Part shown: piece by piece, positions 61,697 through 64,000 of the stretch | Numbering within the stretch: the first letter of the stretch is position 1 | Layout: each line of letters opens with the position of its first letter | Assembly: GCA_044228435.1 (NCBI GenBank) | Contig: JBGAUW010000007.1 | Location: forward strand, 158,989-222,988 | DNA from: Chitinophagales bacterium | Lineage (GTDB): Bacteria > Bacteroidota > Bacteroidia > Chitinophagales > LD1 | DNA length: 64,000 nucleotides | Reading direction: 5' to 3' | Notes under the pieces: model-generated | Told to the model about the DNA's origin: nothing | The model's input: only the letters and a program-made list of their open reading frames with translations | The model's database searches: none | Program-made: the position numbers and the translations under genes

Positions 61697-62092
61697 CTAA
61701 ATACGGAAGGTATGAGTAAATGCACCGCCAGCTATTCCTGGTGGCAGAAAAGCCAAAGAAGGCAGTGGTTTAGAGGCAGCAGGTTGCAGTGAAGAAAAAC
61801 TGAACGCATTGGCTACATAAAATAATGCCGGAAGGACAATGCCACTGTGGTTAACCAAGCTGCTATTGATAAAGTTGCCTTTTAAAAGCTTTGCGCTTAC
61901 CTCGCAGCAAGCCGATTTTTTAAAATGGCAGCTACTGTGCTTAGAAGCTGTACCACAACAACCTTTAGGCTGAGTAAGACTTAGTTGGGTTTGCTTAGAT
62001 TTAAGACAGGTGCGGGCATAGATTGTTTGACCGCTATCGGCTAACAAAATTAATAAGGCAATTATAAAAGTAAGCACCTGCCTGAAACGCAT
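61697..62092 (-). CDS. Cys-rich exported protein, HYC_CC_PP-like
   Basis: Hydrophobic N-terminus, ..C....CC.....C....CC, then PP near the C-terminus. Directly upstream of a CC-plug TBDR. Confidence 0.65.
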   Translation of the reverse strand: MRFRQVLTFIIALLILLADSGQTIYARTCLKSKQTQLSLTQPKGCCGTASKHSSCHFKKSACCEVSAKLLKGNFINSSLVNHSGIVLPALFYVANAFSFSSLQPAASKPLPSLAFLPPGIAGGAFTHTFRI

Positions 62093-62186
62093 ACTGCGAA
62101 TATACGCACTTTACTGTTCACAAGTTACTGTTTACACTTTTTAACCCAAGCCAACGGATAAGTGGTAAACTTGCAAGCGGAACAAT

Positions 62187-62996
62187 ATGGATATATACCA
62201 CATACTTGGTTATGTAGGGGCGGTAGTAACGGGCCTGGTATTGGGCTTGCTTGGCGGCGGCGGGGCTTTGCTATCGATACCCGTTCTGGTTTACCTGTTT
62301 AACTTACCCGCCTCTATTGCTACTGGCTATTCGTTATTTTTAATTGGCGTTACAGCCATGGGTGGCGCGCTGGAGAACATACGTAAACAATTAGTAGATT
62401 ATAGAGCAGCGGTTTATTATGGCGTGCCTTCGGCCCTGGCGGTATACTCGATGCGCCGTTTTTTAATACCTGCCTTGCCCCATACTTTTTTTACGGTGAA
62501 CAATTTTACGCTGGATAAAGACCACTTCATTTTATTTTTACTGGTGCTGGTAATGCTTATTGCGGGTTATAAAATGATAAAGCATAATCCACCACCAAAA
62601 GATGAACATGCCGGCGAGGTGATTGATGTTCCGCGCCTGGCTATTTATGCTGTATTGATTGGTTCGTTTTTAGGTTTGGTGGGTGCAGGTGGCGGCTTTT
62701 TAATGATACCCGCCCTTATTCTGTTTGCGCATTTACCTATGCGTAAAGCAGTAGGCACTTCGCTGTTGCTGGTGTCACTAAATTCGTTTATTGGTTTTTT
62801 GGGCGATGTGCATTCTAACCCTGCTATGGACTGGACCTTTCTGTTTGGGTTTTCGAGTTGCTCGATAGCCGGTGTGCTGGCAGGCACTTATCTGCACCGC
62901 TTTATACATGGCGATACTATGAAAAAATACTTCGGCTGGTTTATAATAATACTGGCCCTTACTATGATAATAAAGGAGATTAGCCGGGGCTATTAA
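62187..62996 (+). CDS. Sulfite exporter TauE/SafE family protein
   Basis: GLLGGGG...PVLVY, AT.YSLF, GLVGAGGGF..IP and AVGTSL. Confidence 0.9.
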   Translation: MDIYHILGYVGAVVTGLVLGLLGGGGALLSIPVLVYLFNLPASIATGYSLFLIGVTAMGGALENIRKQLVDYRAAVYYGVPSALAVYSMRRFLIPALPHTFFTVNNFTLDKDHFILFLLVLVMLIAGYKMIKHNPPPKDEHAGEVIDVPRLAIYAVLIGSFLGLVGAGGGFLMIPALILFAHLPMRKAVGTSLLLVSLNSFIGFLGDVHSNPAMDWTFLFGFSSCSIAGVLAGTYLHRFIHGDTMKKYFGWFIIILALTMIIKEISRGY

Positions 62997-63574
62997 TCTT
63001 CGCTACCCGCCGAGGTTTCGAAGCCTGCAACATTGCCCGGGTCGCTGTAATCTATTTTCGGGCAATCGGCCCCTTTATCAGTTACCCGCAAAATCATTCG
63101 TCCACTTTTAGATATGGTATTGTAATTTACGTTAGCCCTTGTAAACTCTCCGCTGCCTGTTACGTCAAAGCTAACTGTAAGTGTAAGATTATACTGGCCT
63201 GCTTTATCGTTGGTAATGCCACGGATAATTAAGCTACCACCTTCGCCGGGGCCAAAGGTATTATCTGCTTTATTGGTTACCCAACACATACCCGCAGGTA
63301 TATTGTTAATGCTTTCAATGCGCATAGCATAAACAGTATCGTCGTTATTTAGCTTCTTAATTAAACGGAAGTTTTTCAATGGCACCTGTACTTCGGTATA
63401 GGCCCCTCTGGGTATACAGCTTAAAGCATAGCTACCCAAAAAGCCCATTCCATCCTGTAGCTTGGCAAACTCAGTATTATTAGGCACAGTAGCTTCGCCG
63501 CAATGCTGTGCGTTAATTGTATTTGCTGATAATAGTATAAACAAAGGCAGCAGTATAATATATGAGGTTTTCAT
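62993..63574 (-). CDS. Secreted hypothetical protein (paralog of 42549-43109)
   Basis: Signal peptide from MKTSYII (INA|Q) and MRIESINNIPAGMCW...ADNTF..G..G...G.TN..AGQY.L. Confidence 0.8.
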   Translation of the reverse strand: MKTSYIILLPLFILLSANTINAQHCGEATVPNNTEFAKLQDGMGFLGSYALSCIPRGAYTEVQVPLKNFRLIKKLNNDDTVYAMRIESINNIPAGMCWVTNKADNTFGPGEGGSLIIRGITNDKAGQYNLTLTVSFDVTGSGEFTRANVNYNTISKSGRMILRVTDKGADCPKIDYSDPGNVAGFETSAGSED

Positions 63575-64000
63575 AATTCGGTATTTACCTTTGTAACGGT
63601 AAAACCGTGCCGAGTGTTCCAAAGGCAGGTAATGAACAGATTGCAGTCTGTTTAACAGTAAAATTGATACATCTTATGGGCCCTGAGGAATTGCTGCCCC
63701 ATTGAATCAGAACACGCAGGGCATAAAAGTATCTGAAATTTGCTTTTAACGGAACGGTTCTATGGTTAACATTGAAATTTTAAAACATTGATAATCAAAA
63801 TATTAAAAACTCTAAAATCGAATTATGTTAACCTTGGTTAACCATAGAACGGAGTTGGAATAAAGGCAATTATTGTGTTTGCATAAATTGCATAAAAGCC
63901 TCGCGGCTTATATAAACCGCTCCCATACTTTCCAGGTGTGGTGTATGAAGCTGACAATCTATCAAGCTAAAGAGATTGGTTTGGCATAAGGCAATTAAGG

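Overview
A 64-kb chromosomal window from a Bacteroidota bacterium. The assignment rests on TTTG-N19-TAnnTTTG promoters, several T9SS C-terminal sorting domains, a DUF1599/DoxX/folP/aroK gene neighbourhood and a Bacteroidota-type rpsA. Housekeeping genes (fadA/fadJ-type beta-oxidation pair, pccB, saccharopine dehydrogenase, M42 peptidase, pyrD, rpsA, tRNA-Ser(TGA), folP, aroK) are mixed with five accessory blocks. (1) A phosphorelay cluster at 6.1-16.7 kb is built round a ~2245-aa cytoplasmic poly-HAMP hybrid kinase with twelve 276-bp repeats. (2) An island-like block between rpsA and tRNA-Ser (33.6-43.9 kb) holds an orphan terminase-small-subunit-like gene with its own promoter, a duplicated 132-bp non-coding unit with a triplicated 38-bp core (possibly an IS110/IS1111 non-coding-end RNA remnant), and a ~1990-aa T9SS adhesin split by one in-frame TAG. 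(3) A collagen-like surface protein contains a 108-bp tandem repeat. (4) An AT-rich TPR + SIR2-like gene pair (candidate anti-phage system) lies inside a ~4.9-kb segment bracketed by inverted copies of a palindromic element. (5) A Cys-rich upstream ORF and a long hairpin precede a CC-plug TonB-dependent receptor. No integrase, transposase, Cas gene or canonical CRISPR array was found. All family calls are by motif recognition only; no searches were run.
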